A DNA stretch of 64,000 nt from an uncultured Rhodomicrobium sp. (GCA_964351785.1 CAYGPF010000004.1:36088-100087), one strand, 5' to 3'. Positions 16,020 to 26,489 are shown, counted from the stretch's first letter. The notes: generated by a model not told the origin, from the sequence alone. Made by a program: numbers and translations.

Positions 16020-16238
16020 GATTTCTGGACCTTTCTTTCTGTGAGTATCTTTTCTGTCATTTACCTGAATATAGGGGGCAGAATGCCTGATTTCAGGGAA
16101 ATTGCACATCAGAACTGTTCACAAATCAGTGAGGGGAGAGTTAGTGGACAATGTGGGGGGTATTTACCCCCCTGAAGCTCAGCGGCGTGAATTTTCGGGC
16201 TTCATTGCAGCAAGGGGCAGTGCTGGCGCTCAGTTTCC

Positions 16239-16943
16239 CTATGAAGCGGCAGCTGTTGTCTGGTCAGAAATGGAGTAACCGGCACCTCTGACAGTGCGGA
16301 TCGGGTCTTTTTCCTTGCCGCGATTGATGGCTTTGCGCAATCGGCCGATATGGACATCAACAGTGCGCTCATCAACATAGACATTCTGGCCCCAGACACT
16401 GTCCAGCAGTTGACTGCGGGAATAAACCCGGCCGGGACTTTGCATTAAAAACTCCAGCAAGCGAAACTCGGTTGGGCCGAGGCGGACCTCTCTTGGCCCG
16501 CGTTTCACGCGAAAGCTTGTTCTGTCCAGGACCACATCCCCTACATTCAGGGTTTCGGCAATGCTCTCCGGGTGGGCGCGGCGCAGCACAGCTTTGACCC
16601 GCGCGATCAACTCCGGCACTGAGAAGGGTTTTGTCACATAATCATCAGCGCCGGTTGAAAGGCCGCGGATCCGGTCACTTTCCTCATCCCTTGCGGTTAA
16701 CAGGATGATAGGGACCTTGCTGGTTTTGCTGTTACCTCTGATGCGGCGGCAAAGCTCAAGACCCGAGACACCGGGCAGCATCCAGTCCAGGATGATTATA
16801 TCAGGTTGGGTTTCTTCGATATCCAGTTCAACACTGTCACCATGATGACAGAGCTGTACTGTAAAGCCTTCTGATTCCAGGTTGTACTGAAGCAAGAGGG
16901 CAAGGGGCTCTTCATCTTCTACAACAAGAATTTTTGCGCTCAT
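16239..16943 (-). CDS. phoB: Phosphate regulon response regulator
   Basis: Receiver domain (ILVVEDEE, DWMLPG) plus an OmpR-type winged helix. It sits at the end of the pst-phoU cluster. Confidence 0.93.
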   Translation of the reverse strand: MSAKILVVEDEEPLALLLQYNLESEGFTVQLCHHGDSVELDIEETQPDIIILDWMLPGVSGLELCRRIRGNSKTSKVPIILLTARDEESDRIRGLSTGADDYVTKPFSVPELIARVKAVLRRAHPESIAETLNVGDVVLDRTSFRVKRGPREVRLGPTEFRLLEFLMQSPGRVYSRSQLLDSVWGQNVYVDERTVDVHIGRLRKAINRGKEKDPIRTVRGAGYSISDQTTAAAS

Positions 16944-17007
16944 TGTCTAACTCTGGGTCCTTTTTTTTAAAAAATCGGAATCGCTTCAGGCATGCGGCGG
17001 TCCGGAT

Positions 17008-17724
17008 TTAAGCATCCTGTTCGATGAACACTTGTGAAGTGTTATCACTTTTTGGCCGCTCGGCATTTATGGCTTCGCCTAATACCAGATAATGAACAGT
17101 TTCAGCAATGTTGGTTGTATGATCACCGATACGCTCCATATTTTTTGCGCAGAAGAGGAGATGTGTGCAGAGGCTGATATTGCGCGGGTCTTCCATCATG
17201 TAGGTCAGAAGTTCACGGAATAGCGAGTTATAGATCGCGTCAATTTCTTCATCTCCGCGCCAGACTGCAAGCGCCTTTTCCGTGTTTCGTTCGGAATAGG
17301 CGTCCAGTACATTTTTCAACTGAGATAATGCAAGCTCCTGCATGCTTTTCATGCCATGGACAAGTTGCGTTGGCTGTTTTTCGCTATGGACACTGAGAGT
17401 GCGTTTCGCAATGTTTTTGGCAAGGTCACCAATACGCTCAAGATCAGAGGTGATTTTTACAGCTGCCATGATCTGGCGCAGATCAAGCGCCATTGGTTGA
17501 CGGCGGGCGATCATGGTAATGGCCTGCTCTTCTATTTCATGTTCCAGCTCATCAATTTTTACGTCGTCCTTTATAGCGGCGCTTGCCAGTTCTGCATCAC
17601 GGTGACGCAAGGCGTCAGCTGCATCTGTGACCAGCTTTTCTGTCAGCCCGCCCATTTGTGCTATTTTTTTATCCAAACTTGCTAGCTCGTCTTCATATGA
17701 CGTTACAATATGCTCTGTGCTCAT
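17008..17724 (-). CDS. phoU: Phosphate signalling complex protein
   Basis: Duplicated PhoU repeats (DLERIGDLAKNIAK, NMERIGDHTTNIAE). Confidence 0.95.
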   Translation of the reverse strand: MSTEHIVTSYEDELASLDKKIAQMGGLTEKLVTDAADALRHRDAELASAAIKDDVKIDELEHEIEEQAITMIARRQPMALDLRQIMAAVKITSDLERIGDLAKNIAKRTLSVHSEKQPTQLVHGMKSMQELALSQLKNVLDAYSERNTEKALAVWRGDEEIDAIYNSLFRELLTYMMEDPRNISLCTHLLFCAKNMERIGDHTTNIAETVHYLVLGEAINAERPKSDNTSQVFIEQDA

Positions 17725-17790
17725 TTTCCTAAATCCTCATGGTGCTCAGGGAGCTGACCCGCTTTTGAAATTTTTACGCGTCTTTTGCTG

Positions 17791-18639
17791 TTAGCCAAAC
17801 CGACCTGTGATGTAGTCCTGGGTTTTTTTATTCTGCGGATTGGTAAATATCTGGTCTGTATCACCCTCTTCGATCAGTTTGCCCAAATGGAAAAATGCGG
17901 TTCTTTGGGAGACACGAGCTGCCTGCTGCATTGAGTGGGTGACAATGACAATCGTATAATTTGCCCGCAATTCATCAATCAGTTCTTCGATGGTGGCGGT
18001 TGCGATCGGGTCTAGCGCGGAGCAGGGTTCATCCATCAAGATCACATCCGGCTTGGTTGCGATGGCTCTTGCTATACAGAGCCGTTGCTGCTGACCACCG
18101 GATAGGCCTGTGCCAGGTTCCTCCAAACGGTCTTTCACCTCCTCCCATAGGCCGGCTTTTTGCAAGCTGCTTTCCACAAGGGAATCCAGCTCTTTCCTGG
18201 ATTGGGTGATGCCGTGAATGGACGGGCCATAGGCAACATTATCATAAATGCTTTTCGGGAAGGGGTTCGGCTTCTGGAAAACCATACCTACCCTGGCGCG
18301 GAGTTCAACAACATCAAGCTTTTCATCATATATGTCCTGGTCATCAAGGGTAATGTCCCCCTCGATGCGGCAAATATCTATCACGTCATTCATGCGATTG
18401 AGACAGCGCAGATATGTTGATTTTCCGCAGCCGGAAGGGCCAATGAGAGAGGTGACGCTGTTGGCCGCAATGTCAAGATTGACATTGAAAATCGCCTGCT
18501 TCTCACCGTAATAAACGTTGACCATTTTACCTGACATTTTCACAGGGCCAACAATTTCCGACCTTTTAATTGTGTCTGAGGGTTGTTCTTGCATGGTCGC
18601 TTTTGCTTTATCTTCAATTTCTATTGGCTGTACATCCAT
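17791..18639 (-). CDS. pstB: Phosphate ABC transporter ATP-binding protein
   Basis: Walker [24 protein letters not shown], and the PstB-specific C-terminus [10 protein letters not shown]. Confidence 0.96.
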   Translation of the reverse strand: MDVQPIEIEDKAKATMQEQPSDTIKRSEIVGPVKMSGKMVNVYYGEKQAIFNVNLDIAANSVTSLIGPSGCGKSTYLRCLNRMNDVIDICRIEGDITLDDQDIYDEKLDVVELRARVGMVFQKPNPFPKSIYDNVAYGPSIHGITQSRKELDSLVESSLQKAGLWEEVKDRLEEPGTGLSGGQQQRLCIARAIATKPDVILMDEPCSALDPIATATIEELIDELRANYTIVIVTHSMQQAARVSQRTAFFHLGKLIEEGDTDQIFTNPQNKKTQDYITGRFG

Positions 18640-18691
18640 GATGTTACCTTATCATCTTTTTTCAAAGATGCTCCTTTTTGAGCCCGTTTAC

Positions 18692-20551
18692 TTACCAACG
18701 CCGTTCGAAGCTCTTGCGTAAGAACACTGCGATTGCATTCATGCTCACAAGGAACATCAATAAAACCAGAATGGCTGCTGCTGTTTTTTGCTGGAATAAT
18801 TTTTCCGGAAAATCCGCCCACATATAGATCTGAACTGGCAGTACTGTGGCGGGGTCCGTGAAACCATCTATAAAGCCCGTGTTGCCGGGGATATCAACAA
18901 TGAACGCTACCATGCCGATCATCAACAGGGGCGCTGATTCGCCAAGGGCCTGCGCCATGCCTATGATAGAACCGGTTAGAATGCCGGGCATGGCCAATGG
19001 CAGTGTATGATGGAAAACTGTTTGCATGTGTGAGGCGCCAAGACCCAGTGCCGCTTCCCTAATGGATGGCGGCACAGCTTTTAGCGCGGCACGACTGGCG
19101 ATGATGATGGTTGGCAGGGTCATGAGCGCCAGCACCATACCGCCAACAACGGGCGCTGAGCGCGGCATCCCAAATATATTCAGGAACATGGCCAGCCCCA
19201 AGAGACCGAAAACGATAGACGGCACCGCTGCCAGATTGTTGATATTCACCTCGATCAGGTCTGTTATTCGGTTTTTCGGGGCAAATTCTTCAAGATAAAT
19301 GGCGGCACCGACACCTATTGGAAAAGACAGGAGCAATGTGACCAACATGGTGTAGAAAGTGCCAACTACAGCGCCCCAAATGCCGGCCACTTCGGCTTCA
19401 CGGCTGGCACCTGTTGTAAAGAACTGAGTGTTAAAAGTGGAAATGACCCGACCGTCTTCTTCCAGCTTGTCCAGCCAGATGATTTCCTTGTCCGATAGTT
19501 TTCTCGAGTTTTCCGGAGGCGATAACTTAACAATGCTCCAATTGCCTTTTTGCCGCTCGGTTTCACTCTTCAAAGGCAGGATCGCTTCACCTGTGATTTC
19601 CGCTGTTGATACCGAATTGATCTTGATCATACCGCCATTGATTTTGATAAAATAAGATGAAAGGTTCCGGGTTAACTGTTCTGGCCGGTCCGGGGCGGCG
19701 ACACGTTGTTTCAGTGCCTTTGCCTCTGTGGTCAGTGTTTCAATTCTGTTTTCTGCCGAGGCGGTATCGAGCTTCAATTGCGCGAGCTGCGCTTCCCATT
19801 GTTTTTTTCGATCCCCCCCTGATTCTGCAATGGCATTCTCAAGGCGGATTTTTTCCTGTAACAACCGATCCGTGATGCGTTTCTGGCCCGCAATGTCCCG
19901 GTTTGTTTCTTTTAGTTTTTCAGAGAGACCGGCTTTGACTTCTGTCAGAATATTCCCGAAATCATTCGAAGTTGACAGAACGCGCACTTCACCGCTTGTC
20001 CCAACCGGGCTACCGATGCCATTCGTTGTGATGATTTTTTTATGCGAGAGGTCACCCTTAAAATAGAGATCAGCATAATCCGAGAGCAGAACCTCTGTTT
20101 TAAAGGGTTTGCCAACAAGATCCGGGTTTTCCATAACGGCCGTTTGAATGGGTGTACCGGCGTTAGAGCTGACCAGGCCGTAGAGCGCCTTTTTTTCGCG
20201 GCGCCCGCTTACCTGGGGGAAGGTTTCACGCAACCAACTTTTTACCAAGCCCCCGTAGTTGGCCTGGCTGACAGAGTCAGTGGTTCGCTTGCCTTCAGGG
20301 TCAATTTCCTCAGGGTTCAGCGGTACCTCAATTGTCAGGTAATGCTGATTGAGAACCGGTAACGCATCGATGGTAATGCTCACAAGCAAAAAAGCCAGGA
20401 AAAGGGCTGATACCATAACTGCACACAAGCCTGTGGTGCGAAAACGCGTTTCCTTGTTATACCGCTTTTTCAGGCGTCTTTTGGCAGCTTCACTGGTGTG
20501 AATGTTCACTTTGCCGGCAAGCTCTTTATCGTCAAGAATGGTTTTACTCAT
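18692..20551 (-). CDS. pstA: Phosphate ABC transporter permease PstA, unusually long form (619 aa)
   Basis: The C-terminal permease core (EEFAP..., LPTIIIASR, EAALGLGAS) is preceded by about 330 residues between TM1 and TM2, including a coiled-coil-like stretch. Confidence 0.9.
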   Translation of the reverse strand: MSKTILDDKELAGKVNIHTSEAAKRRLKKRYNKETRFRTTGLCAVMVSALFLAFLLVSITIDALPVLNQHYLTIEVPLNPEEIDPEGKRTTDSVSQANYGGLVKSWLRETFPQVSGRREKKALYGLVSSNAGTPIQTAVMENPDLVGKPFKTEVLLSDYADLYFKGDLSHKKIITTNGIGSPVGTSGEVRVLSTSNDFGNILTEVKAGLSEKLKETNRDIAGQKRITDRLLQEKIRLENAIAESGGDRKKQWEAQLAQLKLDTASAENRIETLTTEAKALKQRVAAPDRPEQLTRNLSSYFIKINGGMIKINSVSTAEITGEAILPLKSETERQKGNWSIVKLSPPENSRKLSDKEIIWLDKLEEDGRVISTFNTQFFTTGASREAEVAGIWGAVVGTFYTMLVTLLLSFPIGVGAAIYLEEFAPKNRITDLIEVNINNLAAVPSIVFGLLGLAMFLNIFGMPRSAPVVGGMVLALMTLPTIIIASRAALKAVPPSIREAALGLGASHMQTVFHHTLPLAMPGILTGSIIGMAQALGESAPLLMIGMVAFIVDIPGNTGFIDGFTDPATVLPVQIYMWADFPEKLFQQKTAAAILVLLMFLVSMNAIAVFLRKSFERRW

Positions 20552-21959
20552 ATTGTTCTCTATATTTGTTCACAACCTTCAAGGCGATCATGTTGAGGGT
20601 CAGGGTAATAATGAAGAGCAGCAGACCAAGGGCAAAGGCTGCCAGTGTTTTGGCTGAGTCAAATTCCTGGTCACCGACCAGCAACGTGACGATCTGTACG
20701 GTTACAGTTGTTACCGCCTCGAGCGGGTTAATGGTGAGGTTGGCGGCAAGACCGGCGGCCATGACCACAATCATGGTTTCCCCAATGGCGCGGCTGATTG
20801 CCAATAGCATGGCGGACACAATGCCCGGCAGAGCTGCTGGCAGCACCACCTGACGGATTGTTTCCGACTTGGTGGCACCAAGTCCATAAGAGCCATCGCG
20901 CATAGCTTGCGGGACTGAATTGATCACGTCATCCGAGAGTGAGGACACCAGCGGGATAATCATGATGCCCATAACGAGACCTGCAGCCAGGGCACTTTCC
21001 GATGAAACGCTAAGGCCAACACTTTCCCCCCAGCCCCTGATTAGCGGGGCCACGGTGAGGGCTGCGAAAAAGCCATAAACAACAGTTGGGATACCGGCAA
21101 GAACTTCGAGAAGCGGTTTCGCTACTGCGCGGAATTTCGGACTTGCATAATCTGACAGATAGATGGCTGACATCAGGCCGATGGGGCCGGCAACCAGCAT
21201 GGCAATAAGCGTTATAAGTAACGTACCTCCAAGCAGCGGGATAGCGCCGAATGAGCCTTCCGAGGAAACCTGACCAGGCCGGATTGACGTCTGCGGGCTC
21301 CAGTGCATGCCAAAAAGGAATTCCTCGACTGGCACCTTCTGGAAAAAGCGCAAACTTTCGAACAATAGTGACAGGACAATGCCAATGGTGGTTAAGATGG
21401 CGATAACCGAGCAGATGATCAGAATGATTCTGACAATCAGTTCTACCCGGTTACGGGCGCGCAAACGTGGATTGATGCTTCTGTAGGCCATTAAACCGAA
21501 AATCAGGCCCAAACCTAAACTGCCGGCCCAGCGCAGATATTCACCGGTTGCCATCAGATCTTTGAGATAGGTACTGGCCTGCGTGATAAGCGTTGATGTT
21601 TCAGAGGTGATGTTGCCGCTTGTCAGTGCAAATACATTATTGATGAAATTGGTTTTCTGGAAATCTGACAATGTTGTCAGGTGGTCTTTATATGCATCTG
21701 TGATAAGGGCATTGAAAACATAGGGTGAGATCAGGCTATAGAGGAGTAGGAAAAGCACTGCCGGGCAGAGTATGAGCAGGACCACATAAGAAGCATTGTA
21801 AAATGGCAGTGAGTGGACATCCCGGCCATAAACTGCGTAGTATTTTGCTGCCTTTTTTTGGGCCAGGAAATACATCCCGATTGCCAGCAGGATGGTGAGG
21901 CCCAGAGGGGAAAACAGCGCTGATAACAAGCCTTGTCCCAAATTCAACATAAACTGCAT
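20544..21959 (-). CDS. pstC: Phosphate ABC transporter permease PstC (long alphaproteobacterial form)
   Basis: Permease core with GAIPLLGGTL and EAA-like DGSYGLGATKSETI. It overlaps the pstA start by 8 nt. Confidence 0.92.
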   Translation of the reverse strand: MQFMLNLGQGLLSALFSPLGLTILLAIGMYFLAQKKAAKYYAVYGRDVHSLPFYNASYVVLLILCPAVLFLLLYSLISPYVFNALITDAYKDHLTTLSDFQKTNFINNVFALTSGNITSETSTLITQASTYLKDLMATGEYLRWAGSLGLGLIFGLMAYRSINPRLRARNRVELIVRIILIICSVIAILTTIGIVLSLLFESLRFFQKVPVEEFLFGMHWSPQTSIRPGQVSSEGSFGAIPLLGGTLLITLIAMLVAGPIGLMSAIYLSDYASPKFRAVAKPLLEVLAGIPTVVYGFFAALTVAPLIRGWGESVGLSVSSESALAAGLVMGIMIIPLVSSLSDDVINSVPQAMRDGSYGLGATKSETIRQVVLPAALPGIVSAMLLAISRAIGETMIVVMAAGLAANLTINPLEAVTTVTVQIVTLLVGDQEFDSAKTLAAFALGLLLFIITLTLNMIALKVVNKYREQYE

Positions 21960-22208
21960 TTGAGGTCTCTCCCTCGATGAAGACCGTGTATCCTGCTGGC
22001 CTCACGGGCCTTGCACGGCTTTGGTCCTGAACTAAAAGGACATGAGATATTTCATGTCTTTACTCTTACAACACTTGCCATAGAAACTGACAAACAGCAG
22101 CCTGGCTTGCAATCCTGGGTCTGGTAGTTGCCCTCTGCTTGAATGATCTGTCCTCTTAAAAAACTAATCGGAACAACTCATTGAAACAGACTTATGAATT
22201 CAATAAAT

Positions 22209-22239
22209 AAGGGTGACCCGGCCAAGCCGGGCCACCCTT
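22209..22239 (-). terminator. Strong hairpin just downstream of pstS (intra-operon attenuator or terminator)
   Basis: AAGGGTGACCCGGCC-AA-GCCGGGCCACCCTT. On the minus strand it is followed by TTATTTATTG. Confidence 0.7.
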
Positions 22240-22250
22240 ATGTTGATGTG

Positions 22251-23375
22251 TTACATTGTCAATGGGGTCAATGCTTTTACATCTTTTGCAAATTTTACAC
22301 GGTCTTCTTTTGGAAGCGGGATCAGACCCTTTTCAACCAAATAGCCGTCATCACCCCAGGTTTTGTCTGCTGTGAATTCAGAAGCGTATTCAGCAATTCC
22401 TGGAACTGTGCCGACATGCTCTTTCTTGATATAGAAGAAGAGTGAGCGTGAAACGCCGTATTTACCGCCGGCAATGTTTTCAAATGTAGGTACGACACCA
22501 TCAACAGTTGAGCCTTTGACTTTGTCAGCGTTCTGATCAAGGAATGAGAAACCGAAAACGCCAAGTGCGTTTGCGTTTTTCTCAAGTTTCTGGATGATTA
22601 GATTGTCGTTTTCACCAGCTTCAATAAAGGCACCGTCTTCACGAATGGCATGAGCAATTTTCTGGAAAACTTTTTTGCCTTTTTTGATTTCCTTGCCGTC
22701 TTTCATGTAGTAGGCCTTATCAATGTTTTTGACACCGGCTTTGTAAGCATCTTCACCAGCTTTGGCACCGCGCAGAGCTTTCAGCCAATCAAATTTCTTG
22801 GCGCCGCCTTCCATGGCAAGCTCGACAAATGCATCGCGTGTGCCTGATGTTGGGGGAGGGCCAAGCACTTCAATTTTGATGCTTGGAAGAGATGGATCAA
22901 TATCTGACCATTTCTGGTAAGGATTTTCGATAAGTTTGCCTGGGTTCTTTGGATCAGGAACATGCTTTGCCAGCGCCATAAAAATGGCTTTTTTGGTCAG
23001 AGCAAATTTTGGACCTGATTTTGAGTTGGCCAGTACAATGCCATCAAAACCGATTTTTACCTCAACAGGCGTGATGCCGTTTTTGATGCACTTTTCAAAT
23101 TCATTTTTCTTGATGCGGCGTGAAGCGTTTGTCACGTCTGGATGCTCAAGACCAACGCCAGCACAGAACAATTTCATGCCGCCGCCTGAACCGGTTGACT
23201 CAACAACAGGTGTTTTGAATTTTGGATTTTTACCGAATTGTTCTGCAACCGCTGTTGCAAAAGGAAATACTGTTGATGATCCAACAATGCGGATTTGGTC
23301 ACGTGCAGTTGCTGCACCTGTAGACAGCGTTAGTGCAACCGCTGTTGCCGCTGTAAGTGTTAATAGCTTTTTCAC
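22251..23375 (-). CDS. pstS: Phosphate ABC transporter substrate-binding protein
   Basis: Signal peptide MKKLLTLTAATAVALTLSTGAATA, then RIVGSSTVFPF and SGTRDAF motifs of PstS-family binding proteins. It is at the head of the pst operon with Pho boxes upstream. Confidence 0.9.
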   Translation of the reverse strand: MKKLLTLTAATAVALTLSTGAATARDQIRIVGSSTVFPFATAVAEQFGKNPKFKTPVVESTGSGGGMKLFCAGVGLEHPDVTNASRRIKKNEFEKCIKNGITPVEVKIGFDGIVLANSKSGPKFALTKKAIFMALAKHVPDPKNPGKLIENPYQKWSDIDPSLPSIKIEVLGPPPTSGTRDAFVELAMEGGAKKFDWLKALRGAKAGEDAYKAGVKNIDKAYYMKDGKEIKKGKKVFQKIAHAIREDGAFIEAGENDNLIIQKLEKNANALGVFGFSFLDQNADKVKGSTVDGVVPTFENIAGGKYGVSRSLFFYIKKEHVGTVPGIAEYASEFTADKTWGDDGYLVEKGLIPLPKEDRVKFAKDVKALTPLTM

Positions 23376-23540
23376 GAGGGTAACTCCCTATGCGTTCTAA
23401 TATCAAAAAGTGAGCTGAATAAAATCCGACTAAACGCTGTCAAATTCATTTCATCTCAGGACAAACATCCTGACCTTCGGTGAGGCATTTAACTGTTGCA
23501 TCCCTCTGGTCAAGTTGTTGCCAACCTATAGGCGGTTAAC

Positions 23541-23579
23541 CAGAGTTTTATGACATTTCTGCAAAGACTTTATGACAGA
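23541..23579 (-). promoter_or_regulatory. Pho boxes upstream of pstS
   Basis: The minus strand reads CTGTCAT-AAAG-TCTTTGC-AGAA-ATGTCAT-AAAA-CTCTGGT. These are 7-bp repeats in 11-bp phase. Units 1 and 3 match the CTGTCAT PhoB half-site at 7/7 and 6/7. Confidence 0.75.
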
Positions 23580-23972
23580 TTAAGTTATTGTTTTTATTGT
23601 TTTTTTATTTCTCCGATTCTTGAAAACCATCTTAATCTTATGATTTTTGTTATTTAATCGGGATTTTGGAGATAAGTCTTTTGCCCGCTTGTTGTTTGGG
23701 CCTTCTGATGCTCATATGCATTCGGGAGAGGTCGTTGTATTCTTTTTCTCACATCAAGAACAGGCGTTGCCTGTTCGCCTCCGAGGGGCGGCGCTTTTTA
23801 AATCATCAGCTTTTCCTGAAAATTGGTTACCCCTATTTCAGGGCTGGTTTGCGCCGGGCTGCGCTTTTGCAGCGCCATGCCGCAGGATAATATGACTTGT
23901 ACCCTCTTCCCAACGGTCAGATAAGCGTGCTTTCTCTCTGGTCATGGTTCAGTTTTTTGTGCGGGTGTTAGA

Positions 23973-25301
23973 TTAAATATCAGCCCGCGGCAGAATGACT
24001 GTGAAGGTTGAGCCTTCGCCAAGCCGCGATCTGATCTTCAATTCACCCCGGTGATTGGTGATGATGTGTTTGGTAATAGCCAGGCCAAGGCCGGTTCCGC
24101 CCCTGGCCTTGCTTTGCTGTATATCGACCCGGTAAAACCGTTCTGTAAGTCTTGGAATATGGACGGGATCTATGCCAATGCCTTCATCTTTCACTTCAAT
24201 CGCGATTTGTGACTGATTGAGATCATGCTCCGCACCGATGCGGGCGTTAATTTCGATGGTCGCTGAGGGCTGATTTTCCTTCTTGCCATATTTTATGGCG
24301 TTATTGATCAGGTTTTGAAAAACCTGAGCCAGCTCGTCCCGGTTGCCAATGGTGCCTATCTTGCCTTCTGGTGGTGTTAATCTGATCTCTATGTTCTGGG
24401 TTTCAGATAGCGGCCTTAGAATATCGATGGTGTTGTTGAGCAGGGGGATGATATCAACCTTTTGGTTCGGGCGGCGGTGGGCTTTCATTTCTATGCGGCT
24501 GAGGGACAAAAGGTCATCAATCAGGTCTGTCATTCGGCGGCCCTGGCCTGCCATCACAGCGAGGAACCTTTCCCTTGCAGCCGGATCATCCCTCGCGGCA
24601 CCTTGCAAGGTGTCAATGAAGCCCAGCAATGAGGCAAGCGGTGTTCTTAGTTCATGACTGGCATTGGCTACAAAATCTGTGCGCATACGGTTTAGCCGCT
24701 CCTGCTCTGTGAGGTCATGGAAATGCACAATTATCGCTGGTCGGTTCAGGGTGTTTGCGGCGATTGATTTTGACTGACTTTCAATCCAACTAAAACGCAC
24801 AGTGTATTGGCGCTCTATCGGTACGCGCTCAAGCAGGTGGATTTCCTTTTCTTTTCTTGTTTTGGCAACGGTTGCCAGGGCGTCCAGAAACTCAGGTGAG
24901 CGGATGATGGCCGATATATCCTGCCCTTTCCGACCGATGTTGAAAAAGCTGCGCGCGGGTTTGTTGCTGAATAATAGCTGATTGTCCCGGTTGAGTATGA
25001 TAACGGGGTCTGGCAATGATTCTATCAAGTCTTTATAAATGCTTTGCAGCTCTTTTTTGCTGACGCCTCGGCGGGACTTTTTTTGTGATTTGGTTTTCCA
25101 TTGTTTCGATTCAAGCGGCACATCCAGCAGCATAAAACCGGCTATAACCAATAGCAGACTGAACAGACTGAATTTCAGGCTCAGATCCCCTGTTATCACA
25201 AAAATGGCCAGAACAACGAGCACAGCGAGGATATAATGCCATGTCATGTTCAAGCGCCAGATGGCGCGCTGAATAAGATTTCTGAGGTAAGCTGTTGTCA
25301 T
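23973..25301 (-). CDS. phoR: Phosphate regulon sensor histidine kinase
   Basis: N-terminal TMs, a PAS-like region, H-box FVANASHELRTPL and an HATPase with GGTGLGLAI. It is adjacent to the pst operon. Confidence 0.92.
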   Translation of the reverse strand: MTTAYLRNLIQRAIWRLNMTWHYILAVLVVLAIFVITGDLSLKFSLFSLLLVIAGFMLLDVPLESKQWKTKSQKKSRRGVSKKELQSIYKDLIESLPDPVIILNRDNQLLFSNKPARSFFNIGRKGQDISAIIRSPEFLDALATVAKTRKEKEIHLLERVPIERQYTVRFSWIESQSKSIAANTLNRPAIIVHFHDLTEQERLNRMRTDFVANASHELRTPLASLLGFIDTLQGAARDDPAARERFLAVMAGQGRRMTDLIDDLLSLSRIEMKAHRRPNQKVDIIPLLNNTIDILRPLSETQNIEIRLTPPEGKIGTIGNRDELAQVFQNLINNAIKYGKKENQPSATIEINARIGAEHDLNQSQIAIEVKDEGIGIDPVHIPRLTERFYRVDIQQSKARGGTGLGLAITKHIITNHRGELKIRSRLGEGSTFTVILPRADI

Positions 25302-25516
25302 CGCCCGTCTTGGCTCATGCGCTCGATTGAGGCTTTTTGTTCAAAGGCTTTTGCCCAACATAGCGCCTGGTGTTGTAACTGGATACCATTTAAATCTGTT
25401 TTGGTTTATCGTTCAAAAATGTCAAGGGCTTAACAATAGATTTTTTAATCAGCAATGCAGCCGGAGGGGGTGGGTTTCCAGCCAAACCCGGGACTAACCG
25501 ACAGGGGGAAGACATT

Positions 25517-26386
25517 ATGAGTGATCTGGAGAGGAAAGAGGCGATAGAGAATTTTAATCTCGATGATGAAAAGCTGAGCCTATATATAAAGGAGCATGCC
25601 CTTACCAGTGGTGGGTATCCTTACTCAAAAAAGATGAAGCGACGGCTTTATGAAGAACAGCTTGTTCCGTTGCAAATAGAGCTTTTGAAATTGCAGAGCA
25701 CGTTGCAAAAAACCGGTGAGCGGCTGATCATTGTTTTTGAGGGGCGGGATACGGCCGGTAAGGGTGGCACGATCAGCCGGTTTCGCCAGCACCTTAACCC
25801 GCGCCATGCGCATATTGTAGCGCTTTCAAAACCAACTGAGCAGGAGCGGGGGCAATGGTATTTTCAGCGCTATACGGCGCATCTGCCAACGGCGGGGGAT
25901 ATCGCGCTGTTTGATCGCTCGTGGTATAACCGGGCAGGCGTTGAACCGGTGATGGGGTTTTGCAGCAAGGATCAACACCTGAAATTCCTTGATGAAACGC
26001 CGTATTTTGAAGAACGGCTGGTGAATGATGGGATCCATCTCGTCAAAATCTGGCTGACAATCGGCCAGGAAATGCAGCTTTACCGCCTGCATCGACGCCA
26101 GCATGACCCGTTAAAACACTGGAAAATTTCACCCATCGATCTTAAGGCCATTGAGAAATGGGAAGCCTATACCGATGTGAAAGAGAAAATGTTTCGCGCG
26201 ACCCATAGCAACAAGGCCCCCTGGACCGTTATTCTGTCCAATGACAAAAAACGGGCGCGTCTTTCAGCTTTGAAACTTGTTCTCAATCAACTGGAATATG
26301 AAGGCAAGGATGAAGCGGTAGCGGCCCCGCCTGACCCGAATATTTGTGGTGAAGGGGATGAATTTTTCTATAACCGGGAAACCTGA
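25517..26386 (+). CDS. ppk2: Polyphosphate kinase 2
   Basis: PPK2 Walker-like motif FEGRDTAGKGGTI, then FDRSWYNRAGVE. Confidence 0.93.
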   Translation: MSDLERKEAIENFNLDDEKLSLYIKEHALTSGGYPYSKKMKRRLYEEQLVPLQIELLKLQSTLQKTGERLIIVFEGRDTAGKGGTISRFRQHLNPRHAHIVALSKPTEQERGQWYFQRYTAHLPTAGDIALFDRSWYNRAGVEPVMGFCSKDQHLKFLDETPYFEERLVNDGIHLVKIWLTIGQEMQLYRLHRRQHDPLKHWKISPIDLKAIEKWEAYTDVKEKMFRATHSNKAPWTVILSNDKKRARLSALKLVLNQLEYEGKDEAVAAPPDPNICGEGDEFFYNRET

Positions 26387-26489
26387 TGTGCCGTTTGATT
26401 TGAACCGGGTCCTCTGAACAAAATCAGCCAGCCTGCCCGTTGAAGGGGGCAGGCTGGCTTTATATTTTCTGGTTTTGAGCAGGGGCCAT

